Assembly (NCBI GenBank): GCA_963849325.1
Contig: CAWKHF010000001.1
Location: 32,001 to 96,000 of the forward strand
Direction: 5' to 3'
DNA length: 64,000 bases
Source: an uncultured Planctomycetota bacterium
Lineage (GTDB): Bacteria > Planctomycetota > Planctomycetia > Gemmatales > Gemmataceae
In this document: positions 10,153-19,066 of the stretch, piece after piece
Layout: every line of letters begins with the position of its first letter
Position numbering within the stretch: position 1 is the stretch's first letter
The notes under the pieces: generated by a model
Databases searched by the model: none
The model's input: only the letters and a program-made list of their open reading frames with translations
What the model was told of the DNA's origin: nothing
Translations under genes and position numbers: made by a program

Positions 10153-11798
10153 ATGTTGACAGCGACCGCAGTCCGTGAACCGAATGCCTTGAGCGAAGCC
10201 GTCACCCCCGAGGAACTGCTCGAACGCATCCTGGCAGAGATGGAAGTGAACACCCTGCCGGTTCCCAGCCGTAATGCCCTCGTCCGGGTGGCTGTGCCCG
10301 GTGTCGGCGAAATCACCGACGCCAAGGTAACGGGCCAACTGGAACGCATCGGAGTGGACCTGGCAGCCGACGGGCCGACTCCCTTCACCCGCGGCGAGCT
10401 GGACGCGCTTGAGGAACAACTGATCGCGCACATGGTGCGGGTGCAAGCGATCAGCGACGTACTCGCGGCCGACGCCGGCTTCGTCACCAAGGCGGGTGCC
10501 GAACAGCAGGCCGCACTCACCGCCGAGGCAACCCGTCTCCGACAGGTTCAGACGGCCGCCTGGCGGGACGGACTCAACGCCACACACACTCAGCGAGAGG
10601 GGATTTGCACTCTCGTCGCCATGCTCGACCTGAGCCTCTGCGACGGGAAGGCCGGCAAGGTCTTTTGGGTGAACGCCGACCCGTTCGCCACACCAGACAC
10701 GAAGGCTCGTGGAGAAGGTAGCTTCCGCGACATGCCGGACGACCAGAAGGTCGGCAATGCCTGGCCCTTCATCGAGTCCGCCGTCGGCCCCGACGGACAA
10801 CCCCTGGCGGTCACGCTCGTCCCGATGGCGGACAAGCTGGTGTTCCAAACGGCCGGCCGGGTGGTGGTGCTGGGCGGGGACGCGCCGGCCTGCTCGACTT
10901 GGAATGGTGGGCGGACAAGCTGACCAAGGCAGGTGCTGTGGGATTTGTCAGCGTGAACCGCCGTGACCTGGGAGACGGCCCGTTCAAGTTGCCCGACGCC
11001 CGCACGAAAGAAGAAGGCACCGCCGTGCGGCTGCGGCGGAAGTACTCCAGCTCGAACGGGGCCACCAAGTCCGTCGTCGTGTGCGGGAACCACGTCGTTA
11101 CCCACCCGGCGGGCGGGCCGGAGGAGAAACCCGTCTGCGTGTCCCCGGCGGCGGTGTACGCCGGCAAGCTGTACGGCTACGAGTACGGCCGCCCGGATCG
11201 GGGCATCACGTCGGTCCCCACTAGCGCGAAAGACCCGCTCGTCGCTGGAAACTGGTTCCACTCCCTGCTGGTGCCGTCACTGCGTGATCGCCGGGGCGAC
11301 CTCGACTCCCTGCCGATGGCCATCCTCTGCGAGGTGAGCAACGCGCGGCTGGACGACATCAACGTCGTGTTCAGTTCGTCCCGCACCATGTTCGCCGGGT
11401 CCGCTCACACGGCCGAAGTGGAATTGGGGACGAGCCTGGTCCGCAGCATCGTGATGCATCAGGTACTCATGGCCAAAGGGACCGACCTGTCGGACGAGAA
11501 CGCGCAGGCCATCGGCCGCGACCTGAACAGCGTCCTTGCCGGGCTGTCCAGCAGAACGGACCTGTCCCTCCCATTCCTCCAGGCCGGCTGCGACACGACG
11601 AAATGCCGGGTCGAGGACCAGGTCCAACGGAAGAATAACGGCGAACCGATTCTGGACGGCCAGGGGAACCCGGTTCTCACGGGCAAAAAGGAGATCGTCC
11701 TGCCGGTGACCGTCACGCTCCGCGAAGGGGCGGAGAACTTCGCCATCCACTTTGCCCCCGCTGGCCAACCCCAGCCCCAGGCCAAGGGTGAGCAGTAG
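10153..11798 (+). CDS. TssC-like large sheath subunit (Bacteroidota T6SS-iii / DUF5458-like), one frameshift near 10895
   Basis: GGAGG RBS; ordered motifs VFWVNAD, VVVLGG..LEWWA, VVVCGNHVV, CVSPAAVYAGKLY, VFSSSRTMFAG and IVLPVTVTLREGAENFAIHF parallel recalled T6SS-iii TssC motifs. Confidence 0.7.
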
Positions 11799-11857
11799 CA
11801 ACGATTGACGCGACTTCGGGCGGCCGGGCAGGCCGCCTTCTCTATGGAGGAAAATCG

Positions 11858-12353
11858 ATGAGTGTGCATGTGATCGCCAACGGCAACCCGACCTTTGCCA
11901 ACGGCCAACTCAATGCCGGTGGTGGTGTCAACCTGGACCGCGTCACCCGCCTGGAGGCCGAGCTTGTCATGGAACCCGAAGTGGCCGGCACCTTGGCCAA
12001 GGCGACTCCGGGTGGGAATCACTCGCGACGCCTCCCAGGGCACCGCCGCCGACATGGCCGGCTGGAAGCTGCAATTCGCCGGCGGGAGGGCGGAAAAGAA
12101 GATGGTCAAGCTGACCGTCCTGCTCGTGGACGACGTGTCTGGGCCGACACCGGTCCTCATCGGCAAGATCGAGGCCGAAGAGGCGCTGGTTGCCGAAGGG
12201 GACATCCAGGACGCCGACAGCCCCACCCAAACCTGGGAATTCACCTGCAACAAGTACTCGTACTTCAACGCCGTCAGCGGGCAGAAAGAGCCGAGCGACC
12301 CGAAGCTGGTGCCGGTGGTCGTCCACGGCTTCAGCGAAACCAAGCGTAAGTGA
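11858..12353 (+). CDS. Hcp/tail-tube-like protein 1, one frameshift near 12003
   Basis: GGAGG RBS; about 165 aa, beta-strand rich; tube-like pattern VGITRD...W...KMVKLTV...TQTWEFTC; directly downstream of the sheath gene. Confidence 0.5.
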
Positions 12354-12381
12354 CCTCAAACACCCATAGCCGGAGAAGCAC

Positions 12382-12858
12382 ATGAGCCAGATGACTCTTA
12401 AAGCGAACGGTGTCGAGTTTCGGGCGGGCGACGACCCCGCGGAACTGTGTACGGCGAGCTTTGGCATGAAAGCCGAGTTGGACGAGGACGGCAGGTTCAC
12501 CCATCGCCCGCAGATGGCGACCGGCCGGGTCAGCCGCCAGATGCTGATGACGGACGGCAAGCTCTCTCTCCTTGCCGTAACTGTCTCCGGACAGCGGTTC
12601 AACCTGCTCGCGCAGCAGGCGGACAAGCACCCAGTCGCCGAGATGGTGCTGGACAAGCAGGCAGGTGGGCAACTCGTCCCGTTGTTCAAGGTGGTCATGA
12701 AGGATGTGCAGCCGATCCGCTGGCGGCTGACCTGGACGGGCGACGGGAACGACGGCCTGAACGGGGCCACATTCGTCGAGAACATCACGCTGAGGTGTTC
12801 CGAGGGGACGGTGGTGAACCTGACAGACAACGACCCCGCGCCCTTCAAGCTCGATTAA
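12382..12858 (+). CDS. Hcp/TssD-like tube protein 2
   Basis: 158 aa; LCTASFGMKAELDEDGRFTHRP resembles the TssD N-terminal ..DxxGRP.. motif; FKVVMKDV...FVENITLRC resembles the Hcp C-terminus. Confidence 0.6.
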   Translation: MSQMTLKANGVEFRAGDDPAELCTASFGMKAELDEDGRFTHRPQMATGRVSRQMLMTDGKLSLLAVTVSGQRFNLLAQQADKHPVAEMVLDKQAGGQLVPLFKVVMKDVQPIRWRLTWTGDGNDGLNGATFVENITLRCSEGTVVNLTDNDPAPFKLD

Positions 12859-12921
12859 AGGAGTCAGGAGGGGTGGGCCGCCGATGCCACCCACCCCTCT
12901 GTGCCCAATGGAGACACCGCG

Positions 12922-13497
12922 ATGACCGACGCAGACCGACAGGCTCTCGGGCGCACGGCCCATGCCCATGTGGCCGAGTGGTATCGCAAGCGCTACCCCG
13001 AAAGGTGGCTGATCGACGATCACACCATTTTGCGCGGGGGCGAGCGTGTATCGCTCCTCACGGGCGTAAACGTTTTCGACCGGCGGCTTGGTGACCCGTA
13101 CCTCCAGATCGTCAAGCTGGTACTCCAGACGCTGAAAGACGCGGCCTATCCGCTTGAGCCGCCGCAGTCTGCTGCGAGCCAACGTCCGGACCTCGCCGAC
13201 TTCCGCACTCGCGAAGTGTGGGAGGTCAAGCCAGCGGCACAGGGAAAGGCGAAGGCATTGCAGCAGTTGAACGAGTTTCTTGCCTTGTTGCGACAGGCTG
13301 ACCGCGAGTACGCCGCGCTTTCCCGGCAGCGGGAGCGGTTCGCCAGTAAGCAGTTCGACTCTACCGACACCTGGATGCCCGGCCGCACATTGCAGGTGCC
13401 CTCTCGGGCTGTGTCGGGCAGGACATCCGGTCTTCTATCTTTCGCCTGCCCCGTACCGGGAGTGATCTTATGGGAACATCACGCGACCAAGCGGTGA
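12922..13497 (+). CDS. PD-(D/E)xK restriction-endonuclease-fold protein, candidate nuclease effector
   Basis: LGRTAH...RPDLAD...VWEVKP motif; between tube and VgrG genes; stop overlaps the VgrG GTG start. Confidence 0.7.
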   Translation: MTDADRQALGRTAHAHVAEWYRKRYPERWLIDDHTILRGGERVSLLTGVNVFDRRLGDPYLQIVKLVLQTLKDAAYPLEPPQSAASQRPDLADFRTREVWEVKPAAQGKAKALQQLNEFLALLRQADREYAALSRQRERFASKQFDSTDTWMPGRTLQVPSRAVSGRTSGLLSFACPVPGVILWEHHATKR

Positions 13498-14936
13498 CGA
13501 TCGACATCGCGGCCCCGGACTTCCGGATCAACCACGTCGAATCGCTCACCCTCAGTATGCGAGCGAACCTCCCGCCTACCGGCGTCGTCCGCGTGCGGCA
13601 TTCGGCGACCACTGTTGCCGCGATCGGCGTGTGCGGCGCGGCGGTCTCGATGGGCGTCACTGCCCCCGCACCTGTGCCCGTGTGCCAGCCGGTATTCACC
13701 GGAACCGTCACCGACGCGATTTTGGGGGAGGATGGCGTGGCCGTCCTTACCGTCACTGGCAAATCCGGCCAGAGAGACGAAACGGTGCGGGTCCGTTCGT
13801 TCGGCGGCGGGCCAGGGCGCGTTGTGATCAAATCTCTGACGGGCATCGCCGACTTGTTGGCGGGCGTCGGGAACTCGGCCAAGCTGACCCTGCCCGTCGC
13901 ACACCTGTACCAGTTCGGGCAAACCGACTACGAAGTGTTGCAGAGGCTGGCCGGGTGGCACGGACTGTATCTGCGCGAAAACTCTGCTGGCGTGCTGTCC
14001 CTGTCGGACGGGACCGACGGGGTGCCGCACCTCGTTCCTCGCGAAGCGGTCGCTCCCCGCTCGACCACCCTCCACCTTCATCGGCGGACCGCGGCCGCAC
14101 GCTGCGTCTCGACCGACATCCTCACCGACAAAACGCCTCCTCGTCCGGCAACTCCGATTGCCGGCGCGAACGGAGTTACCCCGCTTGCCGCGGCTGCCCA
14201 CGCACTCGGCGCGTGTCGCCCGCACGACTTGTACGGAGGCGGAGCTGGACTGACCGATGCGGACCGCGCCGGCCGGGCTGCCGCCGCTGCCCGCGGCGCG
14301 CTGACAGCTTGGCGGGCCGTACTGACCGGCACGCTAGCTCCCCAGGTGAGAGTGGGCGACCGCTTAAAGCTCATCGATTCGGCAATCACGGATGACCTGT
14401 TGGTGCGGGCGGCAGAACTGGTGTACACGCCGACGAGCCGCGACCCGCTTACCGTTGCCGTCGATGCGGTCCCCACAGGGCCACTCGGGGGTTGCCCGAT
14501 GCCCGCCGTCCCCGGCCCCGTCGTCGGCATCCTCGGCACCACACTTGAAGACCCGGACCGAACCGGCCGGGCCTGGGTCCGCGTGGCGTTCGCGTGGCAC
14601 GAACCCGGTGACGGCATCTGGTGCCCAGTTGCTCAAGCAACCGCTGCCAAACCCGGCCGCGGCGCAGTCGAGGTTCCGGCGGCCGGAGAGGCTGTCGTTG
14701 CCCTCCTCGATCCCACGGGATTCGACCCGCCCACCGTCGTCGGGGCGGTGTACCGCGGCCCCGGAGGCGGCCAACCGACAACGGCAACTCGCCGCATCCT
14801 TCACTCATCACCAGGCATTCGGGTGGAAGTCGATCAGGAAGCCGGCACCGTCACCATTCAGGGTAAGGCCGTTCGCATCCTCGGCCCGGTGACAATCTCA
14901 GAGACACTCGAAGTAAAGAAGGGGGAAAAGAAATGA
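13494..14936 (+). CDS. vgrG: VgrG / gp27-gp5-like spike protein (short)
   Basis: LYQFGQTDYEVLQRLAGWHG (gp27/GpD motif); DPDRTGRAWVRVAFAW...WCPVAQ...PAAGEAVV...PTVVGAVY (gp5 OB fold). Confidence 0.85.
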   Translation: MTIDIAAPDFRINHVESLTLSMRANLPPTGVVRVRHSATTVAAIGVCGAAVSMGVTAPAPVPVCQPVFTGTVTDAILGEDGVAVLTVTGKSGQRDETVRVRSFGGGPGRVVIKSLTGIADLLAGVGNSAKLTLPVAHLYQFGQTDYEVLQRLAGWHGLYLRENSAGVLSLSDGTDGVPHLVPREAVAPRSTTLHLHRRTAAARCVSTDILTDKTPPRPATPIAGANGVTPLAAAAHALGACRPHDLYGGGAGLTDADRAGRAAAAARGALTAWRAVLTGTLAPQVRVGDRLKLIDSAITDDLLVRAAELVYTPTSRDPLTVAVDAVPTGPLGGCPMPAVPGPVVGILGTTLEDPDRTGRAWVRVAFAWHEPGDGIWCPVAQATAAKPGRGAVEVPAAGEAVVALLDPTGFDPPTVVGAVYRGPGGGQPTTATRRILHSSPGIRVEVDQEAGTVTIQGKAVRILGPVTISETLEVKKGEKK

Positions 14937-16256
14937 CTCCGATCCGCGTGACGCGCGAACTGGCCGAACTGACGGGCCTGGCGCTCCTGGGTGAACAGCG
15001 TCTGCGGAGCGTCATCGCCGAGAGTCTGCCGGCCTGCCAACCGATGTCCAGTTGGGCCGAGGGGTGGATCGTCGAGCCGGCATCGAACGCCCGGCTCGGA
15101 CTCCTGTCCCGCCGTTTCCGGCCTGTACCGCTGGCCGACAACGGTGTCGAGGTACGCGCACGGGGGGCTGATGTCGAGCTGCTGTTCAACTCGCCCCCTG
15201 AACGATTCGACGGAGATGCCCACGAAGGCGAAGAAGCTGTACTGTTCGTGCGCCCGGAACGAGGCTGCGGCATCGATACGCTCGACGCCTTCACGGCGGC
15301 TCGCTGCGGCTGCTTGGCCTGCTGACCTGCGGCCCCGTCTCGGCCCTGCGCCCATTTGGGACGCACCGTGGCACGGACCGGTCGATTTCACATCGCTGCT
15401 GCTGCACCCGTACCACGGCAGGTTCTTGCGTCTGCCTTTTGTACCGTTCATGAATGCTCTGGGCGGGCGTTCGTCGCTACGGGTGACGGTTGGCCGCGAG
15501 TTCGCTCCGCTGTTGGCTGAGCAACTGGTAGGCGCGATGTTCGCCAACGGAACGTTGTTGGCAAACCGGCTGCTCGAACGGATTAGCCCGAATGGGGCGG
15601 GCGCGGACATCGTGCTCGAAGGCTCCAGCCCATTGGTGATCCAGTGCGACGACCCCGCGGGCAGCCGATTCTTCACCGATGAGCGTTACGCGCTCCCTGG
15701 GACTGACCCCCTGCGGACGTTCAAACTAGAGGGCGACGGGAGGATGACATTTCATCCCGAGTCCCAGGTGATCCCGGGGCGGCTGCGGGTCGCCTACCTT
15801 CGGCACATCCCTTGGCCTGACGGGTTCCACGTCGTCCCCGGCACCACGCTCGAACTCGACCGGGTTCCCGTCCTCCGCGCTGTCACAGCCGTCGTACCTG
15901 ACAGACCGCCGCCAGGCGATCGCGACCTCAATGAAGGGGCCGTCTGGCTACTCACCCGCCCGCCTGTCCGCTACCCGTCATCGGACGAGTTGCGTCAGGC
16001 GGCCTGGCACACCCTTCCTGCGCCGCTGCGGGCCTGGGTGGACCTCGCTGCACCGGCCCCAGCGATTCGCGTGGAAGCACGCCGCGATCCCCGCACCGGC
16101 TACGCCATCCCGACCTGGGTTGTACCCCTGCGACCCCATCCGGGCGCGTTGGCCGAGCGATTAGATCGGTTTTTCGGCGGTGTTAGCGAGCGGCTGCAAG
16201 ATCAGTTCGGCGGTCTACCGATCCGACTCGAATGGGAGGGCCAGTCCGATGGATGA
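14933..16256 (+). CDS. TssF-like baseplate protein, one frameshift near 15300
   Basis: Translationally coupled to vgrG; LLHPYHGRFLRL, ANGTLLANRLLE and PPPGDRDLNEGAVWLL loosely follow TssF motifs. Confidence 0.5.
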
Positions 16257-16692
16257 GTTGTTGGTCGATGGCGGCACGGTCGAGTTTACGCCGGCCTCCG
16301 GCTGGGCATGGGGCGGAGGGTGGAATGGCATTGTTTCCGTAAATACCCGTCCGCACGGGATGGCGTCGGAAGGGAAGGCGGTTGCTCTGGCCGAAGACGT
16401 GGAGAGGTTGGCCTCTTTAGTTCTCGGCAAGAGCTACACATCGGACGGTTTCGCCGACGCTCCGGGCGTGGTAACGGCAGCGGCAGTGAGCGTCGATGGC
16501 GGAACGCTGTCACCGCTGGTCATGGTGGACGGGGCCTCCGCAGTCACCGCCCGCACCCAGGGCACGTTCCGAATCACCTGCGCGCCGTCGTTGAAAGCCG
16601 GTTCCCCGCCGGTGCCGGACCCCGCCCCGACCAAGAGCGGGACTTGGCGGGTCGAGCGAACCGGTCAAACCGCTACCCGCGCTGACCGCTAA
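16249..16692 (+). CDS. Contractile injection system spike-tip (PAAR-like, Afp10-type) protein
   Basis: MDELLVDG, GKAVALAED, SYTS...PG and PVPDPAPTKSGTW match the recalled eCIS spike-tip family layout; about 147 aa. Confidence 0.7.
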   Translation: MDELLVDGGTVEFTPASGWAWGGGWNGIVSVNTRPHGMASEGKAVALAEDVERLASLVLGKSYTSDGFADAPGVVTAAAVSVDGGTLSPLVMVDGASAVTARTQGTFRITCAPSLKAGSPPVPDPAPTKSGTWRVERTGQTATRADR

Positions 16693-16705
16693 TCGAGGAG
16701 GCATT

Positions 16706-17257
16706 GTGGCAGTCCAGATACCGCTACTTCTGGGGTTAGGTGCCGCCTCGACCGGTTACACGTCCTGGAGGGCACTTCCGGACACTCGGCTGGAGTGGCG
16801 GCGCACTCCCGGCGGCGGCACATCGACGTACCGAGGAGGGCGCTACTGTGGGCCGGGCTGGGGATTCGTGCGTCAGGACGTAGAATCCGGTCGGATCGCC
16901 GCAATGCCGGACGCCGTCGATGTCATCGACGAAGCTTGTCGCCGTCACGACCAGTGCTATTTCGACCACGGCTGGTTTTCTCGCGAGTGCAACGTGCGAC
17001 TGGCCGCCAACTTGGTCGCGATCATCCGCTCGCCGACGAGCGCGCCACAACAACGGGTAGACGCCGCTGTCATGGCGGCGGTTTTCGCGGTCGAGGCGGA
17101 CTTGATCGACCCGTGGCTTCGTCCGGCAGCGCGTCTCGGCGTGTCCACTCTCGTAAGCATCCGCTCCACGATTGATGAGATGTTCCGGGGGGCGGCCACC
17201 ATGTACTGGGTCATCGAGCAGGAGATCTACCGCATTTACGGGGCATCGCCCCACTAA
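16706..17257 (+). CDS. Phospholipase A2 (sPLA2 / parvovirus VP1u-like), candidate effector
   Basis: Ca-loop RYCGPG and catalytic DVIDEACRRHDQCY; GGAGG RBS. Confidence 0.85.
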   Translation: MAVQIPLLLGLGAASTGYTSWRALPDTRLEWRRTPGGGTSTYRGGRYCGPGWGFVRQDVESGRIAAMPDAVDVIDEACRRHDQCYFDHGWFSRECNVRLAANLVAIIRSPTSAPQQRVDAAVMAAVFAVEADLIDPWLRPAARLGVSTLVSIRSTIDEMFRGAATMYWVIEQEIYRIYGASPH

Positions 17258-17419
17258 GCATCAAAGTCCGGCTGCGGCAACGTACCCCGCCAGCGCGGGT
17301 GTGCCTCGTCGCCCGTTGATCGTAAGCCCCTTCCTGTCTTCCCGTCCGGTCCTTCCAGCTTGGGTCGCGGTCGCACTCGGTCCTTGATTCTGTAAGGAAA
17401 ATAGGGTAGTATTCCTTAC

Positions 17420-18046
17420 ATGCGCGGAAGGAAGAAGTCACCACAAGCCATTGATTCGAGGATCGTTGCGGCCATTCACGGCCGCGGACGCGGTTCAGTA
17501 TTCGTTCCGGCAGATTTTCTGGACATCGGCAGCCGGGAGGCGGTTGACGTTGCCCTCCACCGGCTTGTCCGGCAGAGAACTATCCGCCGCCTTGCCCGCG
17601 GGTTGTACGACTTCCCGAAAGAGCATCCGGTGCTGGGGCCGCTCGCACCGTCTGCCGAGGACATTGCACGGGCACTGGCGGGCCGCGACCGCACCCGCCT
17701 CCAGCCCGCCGGGGCGTATGCTGCGAACGCCCTGGGGCTATCCGAGCAGGTTCCGGCCAAGGCGGTGTTCCTGACGGACGGCCCGGCCCGGACGGTCAAG
17801 ATCGGCCCGACCACCATCCAGCTCCGCCGGACGACGCCGAAGAACATGGAAGCAGCCGGACGGCTCAGCGGCCTGCTCATCCAGGCACTCCGTGAGTTGG
17901 GCCAGGAGCATGTGACGCAGCAGCGGCGGGACCACCTGAAGCGGACGATCCCGGCCGACAAGCGGCGCGAGCTGCTGAAGGACTTGCGGCTCGCCCCGGC
18001 GTGGATGCACCCGATCTTCCGCGAACTCGCCGGGGAGGAAGCATGA
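17420..18046 (+). CDS. AbiEi-like antitoxin (DUF6088-type)
   Basis: VFVPADFLDIGSREAVDVALHRL, IRRLARGLY, AANALGLSEQVPAKAVFLTDG. Confidence 0.85.
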   Translation: MRGRKKSPQAIDSRIVAAIHGRGRGSVFVPADFLDIGSREAVDVALHRLVRQRTIRRLARGLYDFPKEHPVLGPLAPSAEDIARALAGRDRTRLQPAGAYAANALGLSEQVPAKAVFLTDGPARTVKIGPTTIQLRRTTPKNMEAAGRLSGLLIQALRELGQEHVTQQRRDHLKRTIPADKRRELLKDLRLAPAWMHPIFRELAGEEA

Positions 18047-19059
18047 AGCTCGGCTTTCTGGCGTTGCCCGAGGACGAACGCCGCCTGTACATCGAGCAGG
18101 CGGCGGTTCGCCGTAACCTGTCCCCGGTGATCCTGGAGAAGGACTTCTGGGTGTGCTGGCTGCTCGGCATCCTCTTCGAGTCCGAGTTCGCCGGAAGCCT
18201 CGTGTTCAAGGGCGGCACGTCGCTGTCGAAGGTCTTCGGCGTCATCGACCGGTTTTCGGAAGACATCGACCTGTCGCTATCGCCTGACTTCCTGAAACTG
18301 CCGGAAGCAGGCACGAGCCGCAACCAGGCCAACAAGTGGATGACCAGGGCCGAGGCCGCTTGCGGCATCGCCGTGCAGAACCAGATCGCACCGGCGCTGG
18401 AAACCGCCGTGGCGGGGATTCTCGGCCGAGGTGACCGCGCGTGGTTCGAGTTCCTGACCGATCCCGGCACGCATTCGCCGGTGTTGCTGTTCCACTACCC
18501 CTCGGCCCACCCGACGGGGTTCGAGTATCTCAACCGCGCGGTCAAGCTGGAGTTCGGCTCGCTGACCGACCAGCAGCCGGTCGGCCGCCATCCGGTAAAA
18601 CCGTGGGTAGCCGAAGTGTTACCCGCCGCCTTTCCCGACTGGAAATGCGAGGTCGTCGCCCTGGAAGTGGAGCGGAGCTTCTGGGAGAAGGCGACGATCC
18701 TCCACACCGAGTACTACCGGCCGACCGACAAGCCGACGCCGGATCGGTTCTCGCGGCACTATGCCGACACGGCGGCACTAGCGAAGCACCCGGCTGCGGG
18801 TAAAGCGGTGGACCAGCACGAGCTACGCCGCCGCGTCGTGCAGTGGAAGAGCCAGTTCTTCGGCAGTTCGTGGGCGAACTACGACCGCGCAAAGCCCGGC
18901 ACGTTTCGCCTCGTCCCGCCGCCCGAGCGGCTGCCCGCGCTGCGGCGTGACTACCAGGCGATGCGGGATATGTACCTTTCCGAGCCTGCCAGTTTCGAGG
19001 AGATTCTCGCGATCTTGGCCGGGCTGGAAAGCCGCATCAACCAAGCGGGCGGAGGATGA
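18043..19059 (+). CDS. AbiEii/AbiGii nucleotidyltransferase toxin
   Basis: ILEKDFWV, VFKGGTSLSK, RFSEDIDL, FWEKATILH, SRHYAD; ATG overlaps the antitoxin stop. Confidence 0.92.
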   Translation: MKLGFLALPEDERRLYIEQAAVRRNLSPVILEKDFWVCWLLGILFESEFAGSLVFKGGTSLSKVFGVIDRFSEDIDLSLSPDFLKLPEAGTSRNQANKWMTRAEAACGIAVQNQIAPALETAVAGILGRGDRAWFEFLTDPGTHSPVLLFHYPSAHPTGFEYLNRAVKLEFGSLTDQQPVGRHPVKPWVAEVLPAAFPDWKCEVVALEVERSFWEKATILHTEYYRPTDKPTPDRFSRHYADTAALAKHPAAGKAVDQHELRRRVVQWKSQFFGSSWANYDRAKPGTFRLVPPPERLPALRRDYQAMRDMYLSEPASFEEILAILAGLESRINQAGGG

Positions 19060-19066
19060 GAACAGC

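Noticed and set aside
9612-16692. Prophage tail operon
   Set aside because: No capsid, terminase, portal, tape-measure or lysis genes; split sheath, fused VgrG and toxin cargo fit an injection system better
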